Below are positions 1 through 9,173 of a stretch of 64,000 bases of DNA, in pieces. The position numbers and the translations under genes were made by a program. Under the pieces are notes generated by a model. The model had not been told where the DNA came from, searched no databases, and saw only the letters and a program-made list of their open reading frames with translations. The stretch's first letter is position 1; every line of letters starts with the position of its first letter. The stretch is from NCBI RefSeq assembly GCF_054482595.1, contig NZ_CM137008.1. One strand, given 5' to 3'.

Positions 1-340
1 TACTGGAACAGACGGCCCAGGCTTACATTGAATCGCATGGTGCCATTGAACGTCATCTTGGGTGTAGTGACTTTTAACGTCAGGTGATGCATAAGGGCCT
101 TTCGCTGAGAGGCCCTGTTTACACAATTAAATAAATCGAGCCCGACCAACAATTTTGATGTTAACAGCAGGATTATTGAGGGGCAATCAATGTGTTCTTC
201 GGTAGCGATTACGGTAGTGAACGGACCTGCTGTCTGAATGGCATCGATCCGCAAGCGTATCGGCGCCATATTCTGAGCGTACTACTGAAATGGCTAATGG
301 CAGTAAAGAGAGACTTTACGTATATTTGCATAAAGCAGGA
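1..340 (+). mobile_element. IS66-family element: decayed 3' part of tnpC entering from upstream of the window
   Basis: Frame 3 ends LEQTAQAYIESHGAIERHLGCSDF* at 77. Broken frames further on read PTNNFDVNSRIIEGAINVFFGSDYGSER..LNGIDPQAYRRHILSVL. These resemble the IDNN-x-ER, GRKNWLF-GS and LNGIDP-x-AY C-terminal blocks of IS66 TnpC, with stops and an internal deletion. The right boundary is approximate. Confidence 0.45.
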
Positions 341-422
341 TTTTACGACTAGTCAACATTCTTTATAATTCTTCAGGTTCAGAGTATCTGACATATAGGG
401 TTATGTATTGGGGAGACATTTA

Positions 423-1124
423 ATGTTTGGCCATCTGTTACGATACTTTAGTTTCTGTAAAAAAGATTTATTAGTATTTCATCCTGAATCTGATTACTCA
501 GATAATTTACATAAAGCCTTCTCTTTTACAAAAAGGCTAGGATTTAATGAAGAATGGAATGGGGTCACAAAAAACAAAGAATATGATTATCAGGATGTCT
601 TCAGTCATGTCTGTCTGCAGTCTGGTGTGACAGACTTTTCCGCTTCAGCAGGACAATGCTTAAAGTGGAGTCATTATTTTCAGCCATATTTTGAGAATAT
701 CCTTGAATGTCGGGTATGGGTTACCGTTGGACAACTCTGGAAACAGGAACGATTTATTTACAATCCGTCAGTTGCGGATTTTCAGCGCTGGTCTGAAAAA
801 GGGATTCAGCCTGAAGATTTTAGACATCACTCGGGGTTTAACTTTCATGCGTGGTTGACGACGGAAAATGGTGTGATTGTGGATGTTTCCTTTATGAGTA
901 CGTTATCGCGGCGATTACCTGAACACCTGAGTGAAGTCAGTGGAAGTGTGATTATTGGCACGCCAGAGACGGTTCTTCCTGAGTATAAATATGTTCCCAT
1001 GATTGTCGGTCAGAGGATTGTTGAGAAAATAGAAAAACGCTCTTTCATTGGTTTTCTGGCGCACGACGATATTGATTTATATACAGTACCTGCAATCTTG
1101 GTTCCGGTATGGAAAGAATGTTAA
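423..1124 (+). CDS. Orphan hypothetical protein (233 aa), possibly a transglutaminase-like Cys-His-Asp fold
   Basis: ORF track 408..1124. The ATG at 423 has GGGGAGA 6 nt upstream. The gene is AT-rich relative to its surroundings. The motif order GQC(79)LKW ... NFH(142)AW ... VIVD(154)VS (numbered from Met 423) resembles the catalytic core of transglutaminase-like cysteine peptidases. I saw no signal peptide or TM segment. Confidence 0.55.
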   Translation: MFGHLLRYFSFCKKDLLVFHPESDYSDNLHKAFSFTKRLGFNEEWNGVTKNKEYDYQDVFSHVCLQSGVTDFSASAGQCLKWSHYFQPYFENILECRVWVTVGQLWKQERFIYNPSVADFQRWSEKGIQPEDFRHHSGFNFHAWLTTENGVIVDVSFMSTLSRRLPEHLSEVSGSVIIGTPETVLPEYKYVPMIVGQRIVEKIEKRSFIGFLAHDDIDLYTVPAILVPVWKEC

Positions 1125-1443
1125 AGCACGGAATAACACTATGCACTTACCGCTTTCCGGAACTCAGCTTGTTACCTGAGCGGTCAACAGAGCAGTCTTT
1201 CAGTGTCTGCACTTGGTTGCCACTAAACCGGAGTCATTTATCAGAAGTATATGTTCATGGAAGGATATTGTCAGCGCCAGTGATATAAGACGGTAATGAG
1301 GATAGCCATCCCGCATGGGTTTCCTCAACACTGGTCACTGTGACAAGCGCACCATGATCGTCTTTGTATCGCTGATTGACTTTCGATAATAGAACATCTT
1401 CTGACATAAATTTTAGTACGGTAACAATTAACTAAATTTTCAT

Positions 1444-1826
1444 GTGGTAGCACTGAATCAGGAGACTGCGTTTCCTGATGTGTGCTTCTGCAGCCGTTAC
1501 CGGATACAGACTTCGATACCAGTTACTTCGACATCCGCCATGTGTCCTGGGACCCGCTATAACGAAGTTGGAGGTAATCAGTACAGCGTTCCCGAAATGC
1601 TGTGTGGTCAGCCAGTCTCGATACGAATATCGCTGAACGATGAGTTGCGGATCTACAGTAATGAGAAACTGGTGGCCTCACATCGCCTCTGCTCAGTGTC
1701 GTCTGGCTAGCAGATAGTACCGGAACCTCACGCCCCGCTCTGGCAGCAGATCAGTCAGGTGGAACATCGACCACTGAGTGCCTATGAGGAGCTGTTGTGA
1801 TGCATGTGTCAACGACGGATGAAAGT
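1444..1826 (+). pseudogene. IS21-family remnant: istA 3' end (frameshift plus in-frame TAG) and the first 9 codons of istB
   Basis: Frames read SYFDIRHVSWD / GNQYSVPEMLCGQPVSIRISLNDELRIYSNEKLVASHRL ..*.. PEPHAPLWQQISQVEHRPLSAYEELL*, which is a typical IstA C-terminus. The TGATG overlap at 1798-1802 opens MHVSTTDES, which is cut at 1826 by the ISL3 inverted repeat. Confidence 0.7.
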
Positions 1827-3547
1827 GGCTCTTCCGCAACCTGGGTGGAGATTTTCATGCCAGTGGACTCATTACCCTCTGCCTGAGTAGTTCAAATCCT
1901 GCTCGACCATACATCTGGCGTTTCAGCATCTTCAGGCGATTTACATGACCTTCGACAACACCATTACTCCAGTGACTACTGATTGCCTCACATATAGCTG
2001 CAGCATCAGCTTCCATCCCCGCCGCCACGCGCCGAAATTCTGCTGAACCGCTTTCGTGGACTCGAGTGAACCAACTGCTTAGCTGTGATTTATTTTGGGT
2101 TTTCAGAATACGGTAGAACTCGAGTGCCAGTTGCTGCGCTATTTTCAGCTCAGGTTCTTTTTCACACATCAGACTAATAAATCGGGAAGCATAATTTTCT
2201 TCATCCCTGGTTATTCTCCAGGGCATCAACCAGCGGCTTACCCGGGACACTGAAGGAAGTCTGACGGCAGTAGTAACCGGTGGGTTCCAGCCTTTACGCC
2301 ATTTGGCAACCGCATCCCTGACGATGGTTTCACTGCCTGTAAATCCCCGGGCCACCATTTCCCGCCATATCCGGCTGGCGTTATAATTACCACTTTCTCG
2401 TTGCTCTTTTAACCACTCCCTCCATGGGTCCAGAAGCCCTCGCTTTGGCGGTCGGGTTGACATTTCAGGGAATGTTCCTGAACGCACCCAGCGACTGACT
2501 GTCACACGCGACAGGCCTGTAATACGGGATATTTCCCTGAAACTACATCCCTTGTTATGCAGGGCCATAACCTCTGTCCAACGCTGATGCCGTTTTTTGC
2601 GGGTTTGTTGTTTTAGGCGTTCCGGACGACGGAGCGATGCTGCAGGCACAGATGGTTCTGGATCAGGTGATTTCTTTGGTGACAACTCACTGGCAACAAG
2701 ACGTATCAGAGGTATATGTCTGTACATCATTCGTTCAGGCGCATCGCCAATATTTTTTAGCAGATGCCATCGATCGGCCACCTGTCTGGCCTGAGGTGCA
2801 CCTTCACGTGCTGCTGTCGCATAGACTCCACTGCGATCACGCGAGACAATCTGTATTTCCGGATATTTTCTGAACCAGGTCGCCAGCGTACGCTGATCAC
2901 GGCCGGGAAGCAGGACGAGGGGAGGGTGAGTATCAAGATTGACGATTAACGTACCGTAACGGTGGCCCCGATGCCACGCCCACTCATCAATACCGACATG
3001 AGGCGAGCCTGACTGTTTCGTCTCCGGGGTATTGATAACCCTGCGAAGGAGAGTATCAGCACTGCAACGGAGACCCACTGCCGTTGCTGCCCGTTTCCCG
3101 GCCTCACCTCCGGCGATTAATCCCAGTTGACGTTGTAAATTTTGTAACGCCTGTGAAGACTGTTGGTGTGAACCGGCGAAGGGAGCAAGCGACTCGGCAA
3201 AAATTTTACGTGAACAAGCCGGGTTACGGCAGTACCAGTGGCGGACAGAAAATACAAGCCATAGCGTATGTCCTGAGCAGGGTAGATGCTGTATCCGGCG
3301 CCGACGACAACTATGAACAGAGTCGCTACGCTTAAAGCATTCAGGACATTGTGCTGTTTTGCGTTTTCCGTGGAGATGGAGGGTTATACCGTCAGAGCTA
3401 ATAATTTGTCGACTGCATCGCCATCCGCAAGGTAACTGTAGAAGTGTCTTAAGAGAGTGCATTGCGTTGCCCATGACTTAAAACAGCTTAGATCTTTGTT
3501 CACCAGAAAGTTTCATCCATTTTCTTCCACCCAAGTTGCGGAAGAAC
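1827..3547 (-). mobile_element. ISL3-family insertion sequence, apparently intact (1721 bp)
   Basis: Terminal inverted repeats are GGCTCTTCCGCAACCTGGGTGGA (1827-) and the reverse complement of the 3547 end, GGTTCTTCCGCAACTTGGGTGGA (21 of 23 identical). A single uninterrupted 539-aa transposase ORF lies between them. The flanking 8-mers differ (ATGAAAGT versus TGATTTCA), so there is no target-site duplication. Confidence 0.8.
1855..3474 (-). CDS. ISL3-family transposase (539 aa)
   Basis: N-terminal zinc-finger pattern CPECFKRS..H..RRRRIQHLP..G....L.....HWYCRNPACSRKIFAE. DDE core VGIDEWAWHRGHRYGTLIVNLD ... VSRDRSGVYATAA ... ADRWHLLKN. C-terminal SNGVVEGHVNRLKMLKRQMYGRAGFELLRQRV. All are typical ISL3 blocks. 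Confidence 0.8.
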   Translation of the reverse strand: MGNAMHSLKTLLQLPCGWRCSRQIISSDGITLHLHGKRKTAQCPECFKRSDSVHSCRRRRIQHLPCSGHTLWLVFSVRHWYCRNPACSRKIFAESLAPFAGSHQQSSQALQNLQRQLGLIAGGEAGKRAATAVGLRCSADTLLRRVINTPETKQSGSPHVGIDEWAWHRGHRYGTLIVNLDTHPPLVLLPGRDQRTLATWFRKYPEIQIVSRDRSGVYATAAREGAPQARQVADRWHLLKNIGDAPERMMYRHIPLIRLVASELSPKKSPDPEPSVPAASLRRPERLKQQTRKKRHQRWTEVMALHNKGCSFREISRITGLSRVTVSRWVRSGTFPEMSTRPPKRGLLDPWREWLKEQRESGNYNASRIWREMVARGFTGSETIVRDAVAKWRKGWNPPVTTAVRLPSVSRVSRWLMPWRITRDEENYASRFISLMCEKEPELKIAQQLALEFYRILKTQNKSQLSSWFTRVHESGSAEFRRVAAGMEADAAAICEAISSHWSNGVVEGHVNRLKMLKRQMYGRAGFELLRQRVMSPLA

Positions 3548-3590
<43 letters not shown>

Positions 3591-3859
3591 TACACCAGCG
3601 AAACCACACAGGTAGCTATTACCATATGTGGTAATACACTAGTTACAGGAAAAACATGCAGGTTCCGCAATACGTTGTGTGTTGCTGCTTAGTCAGGATC
3701 TTTTCTTCCATGCGAGATACGACAACACTTTTGAGGAAAGATGTTCACAACTGGTGGGGCGATTGCAACAGGTTTGTGCAGAACTCCCCCCGGATGGCAA
3801 TGCAGGGGGGAAAGGATTTTTCAGGTTGACCGCCCAGGTACATCAAATCAGTATGCTGC

Positions 3860-4585
3860 TCACGCCTGACGGTGCGATGAGTAATGTATTTCATACTCTT
3901 CCCGGTAGAGAGTTTCCCCCCAAAGAACCGGTTTATTCTCAGCAGTCAAATAAGTATGTTGTCGTACCAGAATTGGGCGGGAACGCTTTATTTTCAGCTT
4001 CTGGGCCGCATCCCGGCTGGGCAGCGCCACATGAACCTGGTTGGCAATTGTCTGTATCTCTATGCGAAGTGCCTGCTCAAAAATGTTTTGCAACGCATGG
4101 ACTTCCAGTTCCTGCTTATCTATTTGCAGGGCAAGAATTGAAGGCATATAACGAATTTCGAATGCAATTGGCTGCTGATTTATCAAGCGCAACCTTAACA
4201 GCCGATGGATGCTCTCTTTGCCTGATAACATCAGTTTTGTCCGTAAGAGTTCTGACGTTGAGACAGGTGCGAATTCGACGAGTTGATATTCGAGGTGTTT
4301 GTCGACACCAACCAGATCTTTTTCAAAAAATCCAAGAGATTGCGTATCCATTACGGTGATAATGGAAGGTTTTTTAACGAAGGTTCCACGTCCCCGAATG
4401 CGTTCAATCAATCCATCCGTAAGAAGACCCTGCATCGCATGGACCACTGTCGCTCGGGTGGTATTAAATTGGGCTGCAAGTTCGTTTTCAGAAGGTAAGC
4501 GTTCGCCTTGTTTATATACATTTTGTGCTATTCCATTGCGTAATGCTTCTCTGATCTGCAGGTAAATTGGCAAATTGCGATGCAT
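3860..4585 (-). CDS. GntR-family (HutC/UTRA-type) transcriptional regulator, 241 aa
   Basis: N-terminal winged helix YKQGERLPSENELAAQFNTTRATVVHAMQGLLTDGLIERIRGRGTFV, followed by a UTRA-like C-terminal half. It is divergent from the operon that starts at 4708. Confidence 0.85.
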   Translation of the reverse strand: MHRNLPIYLQIREALRNGIAQNVYKQGERLPSENELAAQFNTTRATVVHAMQGLLTDGLIERIRGRGTFVKKPSIITVMDTQSLGFFEKDLVGVDKHLEYQLVEFAPVSTSELLRTKLMLSGKESIHRLLRLRLINQQPIAFEIRYMPSILALQIDKQELEVHALQNIFEQALRIEIQTIANQVHVALPSRDAAQKLKIKRSRPILVRQHTYLTAENKPVLWGETLYREEYEIHYSSHRQA

Positions 4586-4608
4586 GTCAAATTAATCCTT
4601 CATTCTAA

Positions 4609-4630
4609 GTTGCATAGTCAACTATACAAC
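4609..4630. promoter_or_regulatory. Candidate GntR operator: 22-bp palindrome in the divergent promoter gap
   Basis: GTTGCATAGT-CA-ACTATACAAC (9 of 10 arm positions complementary) in the 122-bp gap between the GntR start (4585) and the amidohydrolase start (4708). It fits the generic GT-N-AC architecture of GntR operators. Confidence 0.45.
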
Positions 4631-4707
4631 TTCAAGGGTGACGGTATGTCATTTTAGCAGATATCACCTTCAGGTGTGGTCAGTTAAACATAAATGAGTT
4701 AGAGAAA

Positions 4708-5505
4708 ATGATTTTTGATACGCATGCGCATGTTTTTGTTCGAGGATTACCATTAGCGGAACATTGCCGATATGTTCCTGATTACGACGCCACACCGGAG
4801 AGTTATCTGACTCACTTGGATCGGTTTGGCATTGATGTTGGTATTCTGGTGCAACCCAGTTTTCTGGGGACGGATAACCACTATATGCTTGAGGCTCTTC
4901 GCCGTTACCCTACCCGGTTTCGTGGTGTAGCCGTTGTGGATCCAAACATTACGCGCTGTAAACTGGATGAAATGGCAAAATTAGGGGTCACTGGTATCCG
5001 CTTAAATTTAGTCGGCGTGGAAATTCCCGATCTTACGCAACCTGCATGGCAACACCTGTTAGAACATATTAAAGCCCTGGGATGGCATGTTGAGCTACAC
5101 AGAGCTGCGCGCGACTTGCCAGCGTTAATTACGGTATTACTTAAATCCGGTGTAAAGATTGTCGTTGACCATTTCGCGTTGCCTTCTCAGGAAGAGAAAC
5201 AAAACGATCCCGGATTTCAGTTTCTCCTTGAGCATGCAGAAACGCAGCAAATCTGGTTGAAACTTTCTGGCGCCTATCGCAATGGCAGTACTGAAACTCT
5301 CAACGATAACGTGGCACCGTTAATTCCTCTCCTGCTGCAGCATTTTGGACCTGCACATTTATTGTGGGGTAGCGACTGGCCACATACTCGATACGAAAAT
5401 GTCGTCAATTATCAAAAAACGTTCGAGTTACTGACGCAGCAAATACCTGATAAAGAAATGAGAAATAAAATTTTATCGGTTAGTGCAGAATCACTTATCG
5501 ATTAG
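4708..5505 (+). CDS. Amidohydrolase_2-family metal-dependent hydrolase, lactonase-like (LigI / sugar-acid lactonase type), 265 aa
   Basis: Starts MIFDTHAHVF (the HxH metal motif). GSDWPH lies near the C-terminus. The size and motif order are those of the PF04909 TIM-barrel lactonases/decarboxylases. Confidence 0.7.
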   Translation: MIFDTHAHVFVRGLPLAEHCRYVPDYDATPESYLTHLDRFGIDVGILVQPSFLGTDNHYMLEALRRYPTRFRGVAVVDPNITRCKLDEMAKLGVTGIRLNLVGVEIPDLTQPAWQHLLEHIKALGWHVELHRAARDLPALITVLLKSGVKIVVDHFALPSQEEKQNDPGFQFLLEHAETQQIWLKLSGAYRNGSTETLNDNVAPLIPLLLQHFGPAHLLWGSDWPHTRYENVVNYQKTFELLTQQIPDKEMRNKILSVSAESLID

Positions 5506-5536
5506 TTGGATTGAGAATATAGTCGAAAGGTATATC

Positions 5537-6886
5537 ATGAGCATATTTTATAAAAAAAGCTGGTACAAGTGGATTGTATTGGTGGTTTGTATTCTTGCCT
5601 ATTCATCAGGAAACCTGGTGCGCTGGAATTATACGGGAATATCGCAATATCTTATTGGTGAATGGCACATTGGAAAAGAAGAATTGGGGATCCTTGGTTC
5701 CGCATTCTTTTATGCCTACGCGATTGGGCAAAGTCCCTGGGGAACACTTACCGATATATTAGGCGGACGCAGAGTTATTTCTATCGGTATTTTAATTACC
5801 GCTATTATGTTCTCTCTCTTTGCTTTTGCGGGTGGCTACCATGCCGCTATCATCATTCGAGTATTAATGGGATTTGTTGGGGCGGCAACATTTGTGCCTT
5901 GTATGGCGGTACTTTCTCGCTGGTTTAGTAAAAAGGAGCGAGGTATGGTGCTGAATATCTTCTCTGGCACAGGTGGTGGATTAGGTGAGCTGTGGTCCTT
6001 TTTATTAATGCCATTGATTTCATTATTTATGGTAGGCGGCGCTACCGTGCTTGGCCTGAGCTCCTGGCGTGCATCTACGCTAATTATGGCGTTTGTCACA
6101 CTGGCGATCATGATCCTCTGTTTTGTCGGTATGCGCTCCGACCCGTCGGAATTAGGTCTTCCGTCCGTTGTTGAACAGGAGACGCGTAAGCAGGCGAAAG
6201 AACATAGCTATGCCAGGACACTGCTTAATGCGTTGCGCGATCCGTGGTTCTGGGTCATTACATTCGCCTGGCAAGGTTTTACCGTTTCTCTGCGTCTGCT
6301 ACCGGCCTGGTTGCCTATCTATGCGGCAGCTTACTACAAACAGACACAGGGATTATCCAGCGTTGAGGCGATGGTCGCAGGAGGTATGATAGCATCAGTG
6401 TATGTTGCCGGACGTATTTTGGGAACGCCTGTCTTTGGCAAATTATCTGACTTTTTGCTTGTCAGTTATAACGTACCAAGAACATTGATTATTGCTTGCT
6501 TCCATATCTTTATTACCGTCTCAATGTTTGCTCTTAGCCATCAAATGCCTTCCACATTTTTATTTGCAGTTCTGGTTTTTGTGATTGGTGCCGCGATAAA
6601 TATGTTCCCTCTGGTTAATGCAGTCGTCGCAGAAATCTGGCCGGTTAAAACGGGGGGCGCGTTAATGGGGATGGTGAATACGGTTGGGCAGTTAATAGGT
6701 GCCTCAGCGTTGGCCTACAGTGGTTTTATGGCAGAAAAATTTTCCATAGCCGGAGCAGGATACAGTTTTGAGTATCGTGGCATTTGGTATTTGGCAATGA
6801 TATTCAGTTCAATATCTATCCTGGCGTCTCTGTTGGCGATGCATCGCGAAAAACAAAGTATTCGGGAAAATGCCTTGAGTCATTAA
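5537..6886 (+). CDS. MFS transporter, anion:cation symporter (ACS)-like, 449 aa
   Basis: ORF track 5483..6886. The ATG at 5537 follows GAAAGG. It is about 12 TM, with the loop 2-3 motif GTLTDILGGRRV. It resembles the organic-acid/sugar-acid carriers of the GarP/DgoT/ExuT type. The gap to the upstream gene is 31 bp. Confidence 0.75.
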   Translation: MSIFYKKSWYKWIVLVVCILAYSSGNLVRWNYTGISQYLIGEWHIGKEELGILGSAFFYAYAIGQSPWGTLTDILGGRRVISIGILITAIMFSLFAFAGGYHAAIIIRVLMGFVGAATFVPCMAVLSRWFSKKERGMVLNIFSGTGGGLGELWSFLLMPLISLFMVGGATVLGLSSWRASTLIMAFVTLAIMILCFVGMRSDPSELGLPSVVEQETRKQAKEHSYARTLLNALRDPWFWVITFAWQGFTVSLRLLPAWLPIYAAAYYKQTQGLSSVEAMVAGGMIASVYVAGRILGTPVFGKLSDFLLVSYNVPRTLIIACFHIFITVSMFALSHQMPSTFLFAVLVFVIGAAINMFPLVNAVVAEIWPVKTGGALMGMVNTVGQLIGASALAYSGFMAEKFSIAGAGYSFEYRGIWYLAMIFSSISILASLLAMHREKQSIRENALSH

Positions 6887-6891
6887 GCATA

Positions 6892-7947
6892 ATGTTTAAT
6901 CATATATTTACCCAGGTCAAACGTTCAGAAAATAAAAAAATGGCGGAAATCGCCCAATTCCTGCATGAAAATGATTTGAGCGTTGACACCACTGTCGAAG
7001 TATTTATTACCGTAACCCGCGATGAAAAGCTTATCGCGTGCGGCGGAATTGCCGGAAATATTATTAAATGCGTTGCTATCAGTGAATCCGTTCGCGGTGA
7101 AGGACTGGCGCTGACATTAGCCACCGAACTGATAAACCTCGCCTATGAGCGGCACAGCACGCATCTGTTTATTTATACCAAAACCGAATACGAGGCGCTG
7201 TTCCGCCAGTGCGGTTTTTCCACGCTGACCAGCGTCCCCGGCGTGATGGTGCTGATGGAAAACAGCGCCACGCGACTGAAACGCTATGCCGAATCGCTGA
7301 AAAAATTTCGTCATCCAGGGAACAAGATTGGCTGCATTGTGATGAACGCCAATCCCTTTACGAATGGTCACCGTTATCTGATTCAACAGGCTGCGGCACA
7401 GTGCGACTGGTTGCATCTGTTTTTAGTCAAAGAAGATTCTTCACGCTTCCCCTATGAAGACCGGCTGGATCTGGTGTTAAAAGGCACCGCCGATATTCCA
7501 CGCCTGACCGTGCATCGCGGCTCCGAATACATCATCTCCCGCGCTACGTTCCCTTGCTACTTCATTAAAGAACAGAGCGTCATTAACCATTGTTACACCG
7601 AAATTGATCTGAAGATTTTCCGTCAGTACCTCGCTCCCGCGCTGGGTGTAACTCACCGCTTTGTCGGTACTGAACCCTTTTGTCGCGTTACCGCCCAGTA
7701 CAACCAGGATATGCGCTACTGGCTGGAAACGCCGACTATCTCCGCACCGCCCATCGAACTGGTTGAAATTGAGCGGCTGTGTTACCAGGAGATGCCGATA
7801 TCCGCTTCCCGGGTACGCCAACTGCTGGCGAAAAACGATCTCACGGCTATCGCGCCGCTGGTCCCTGCAGTCACGCTGCATTATTTGCAGAACCTGCTTG
7901 AGCACTCCCGCCAGGACGCGGCAGCTCGTCAAAAGACCCCCGCATGA
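6892..7947 (+). CDS. citC: [Citrate (pro-3S)-lyase] ligase CitC, 351 aa
   Basis: From KRSENKKMAEIAQFLHENDLSVD onward it reads like E. coli CitC as I remember it. The first 10 codons differ (MFNHIFTQV versus MFGNDIFTRV). The ATG lies 5 bp after the MFS stop, so there is no room for the native promoter. Confidence 0.9.
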   Translation: MFNHIFTQVKRSENKKMAEIAQFLHENDLSVDTTVEVFITVTRDEKLIACGGIAGNIIKCVAISESVRGEGLALTLATELINLAYERHSTHLFIYTKTEYEALFRQCGFSTLTSVPGVMVLMENSATRLKRYAESLKKFRHPGNKIGCIVMNANPFTNGHRYLIQQAAAQCDWLHLFLVKEDSSRFPYEDRLDLVLKGTADIPRLTVHRGSEYIISRATFPCYFIKEQSVINHCYTEIDLKIFRQYLAPALGVTHRFVGTEPFCRVTAQYNQDMRYWLETPTISAPPIELVEIERLCYQEMPISASRVRQLLAKNDLTAIAPLVPAVTLHYLQNLLEHSRQDAAARQKTPA

Positions 7948-7961
7948 GAAACAGGTGAAAA

Positions 7962-8258
7962 ATGAAAATAAACCAGCCCGCCGTTGCAGGCACCCTTGAG
8001 TCTGGGGATGTGATGATACGCATCGCCCCACTCGATACGCAGGATATCGACCTGCAAATCAACAGCAGCGTTGAGAAACAGTTTGGCGATGCCATTCGCA
8101 CCACCATTCTGGACGTTCTCGCCCGCTACAACGTGCGCGGCGTACAGCTGAATGTCGATGACAAAGGCGCACTGGACTGCATTTTACGTGCACGACTGGA
8201 AGCCCTGCTGGCACGCGCCAGCGGTATCCCGGCTCTGCCATGGGAGGATTGCCAATGA
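7962..8258 (+). CDS. citD: Citrate lyase acyl carrier protein (gamma subunit), 98 aa
   Basis: [24 protein letters not shown]... matches E. coli CitD, including the ESGD prosthetic-group serine context. Confidence 0.92.
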
Positions 8259-9163
8259 TTTCCGCTTCGCTGCAACAACGTAAAACTCGCACCCGCCGCA
8301 GTATGTTGTTTGTACCTGGTGCTAATGCCGCGATGGTCAGCAACTCCTTCATCTACCCGGCTGATGCCCTGATGTTTGACCTCGAAGACTCCGTTGCATT
8401 GCGTGAAAAAGACACCGCCCGCCGCATGGTTTACCACGCGCTGCAACATCCGCTTTATCGCGATATTGAAACCATTGTGCGTGTAAACGCGCTGGATTCC
8501 GAATGGGGTGTTAACGACCTGGAAGCCGTCGTTCGCGGTGGTGCGGACGTTGTGCGTCTGCCGAAAACCGATACCGCTCAGGATGTTCTGGATATCGAAA
8601 AAGAGATCCTGCGTATCGAAAAAGCCTGTGGTCGTGAACCCGGCAGTACCGGCCTGCTGGCGGCGATTGAATCTCCGCTGGGCATTACCCGCGCGGTAGA
8701 AATCGCTCACGCTTCCGAGCGTTTGATCGGTATCGCCCTCGGTGCAGAAGACTATGTGCGCAACCTGCGTACAGAACGCTCCCCGGAAGGAACTGAACTG
8801 CTGTTCGCTCGCTGCTCCATTTTGCAGGCCGCGCGTTCTGCGGGTATTCAGGCGTTCGATACCGTCTATTCCGACGCTAACAACGAAGCCGGATTCCTGC
8901 AAGAAGCCGCCCACATCAAACAGCTGGGCTTTGACGGCAAATCGCTGATCAACCCGCGTCAGATTGATCTGCTGCACAACCTCTACGCACCGACCCAGAA
9001 AGAAGTGGATCACGCCCGCCGCGTCGTAGAAGCCGCTGAAGCCGCCGCTCGCGAAGGCCTCGGCGTGGTTTCCCTGAACGGCAAGATGGTGGACGGTCCG
9101 GTTATCGATCGCGCCCGTCTGGTGCTCTCCCGCGCAGAACTTTCCGGCATCCGCGAAGAATAA
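8255..9163 (+). CDS. citE: Citrate lyase beta subunit (citryl-ACP lyase), 302 aa
   Basis: [27 protein letters not shown]... is the E. coli CitE N-terminus. There is an ATGA overlap with the citD stop. Confidence 0.92.
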
Positions 9164-9173
9164 GGCAATCAAA

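Noticed and set aside
95-115. Hairpin GGGCCT-ttcgctgag-AGGCCC read as a terminator for an upstream gene
   Set aside because: The surrounding sequence is better explained as a decayed IS66 tnpC, so the hairpin is probably incidental.
1255-1407. 50-codon minus-strand ORF (MSEDVLLSKVNQRYKDDHGALVTVTSVEETHAGWLSSLPSYITGADNILP) in the gap after the orphan gene
   Set aside because: It has no Shine-Dalgarno sequence, no recognisable family, and lies within IS-flanked junk. It could be a gene fragment, but the evidence is too weak to annotate it.
3679-4359. Plus-strand ORF of 226 aa overlapping the GntR gene
   Set aside because: It is antisense to a GntR regulator with clear HTH and UTRA features. 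It uses an alternative start and has no recognisable domain.
6784-6891. Extended citC start at 6784 (387-aa version in the ORF track)
   Set aside because: The extension lies wholly inside the MFS coding sequence in another frame. The ATG at 6892 gives a CitC of native length. The VFGNDI coincidence is reported as a finding, not as a start site.
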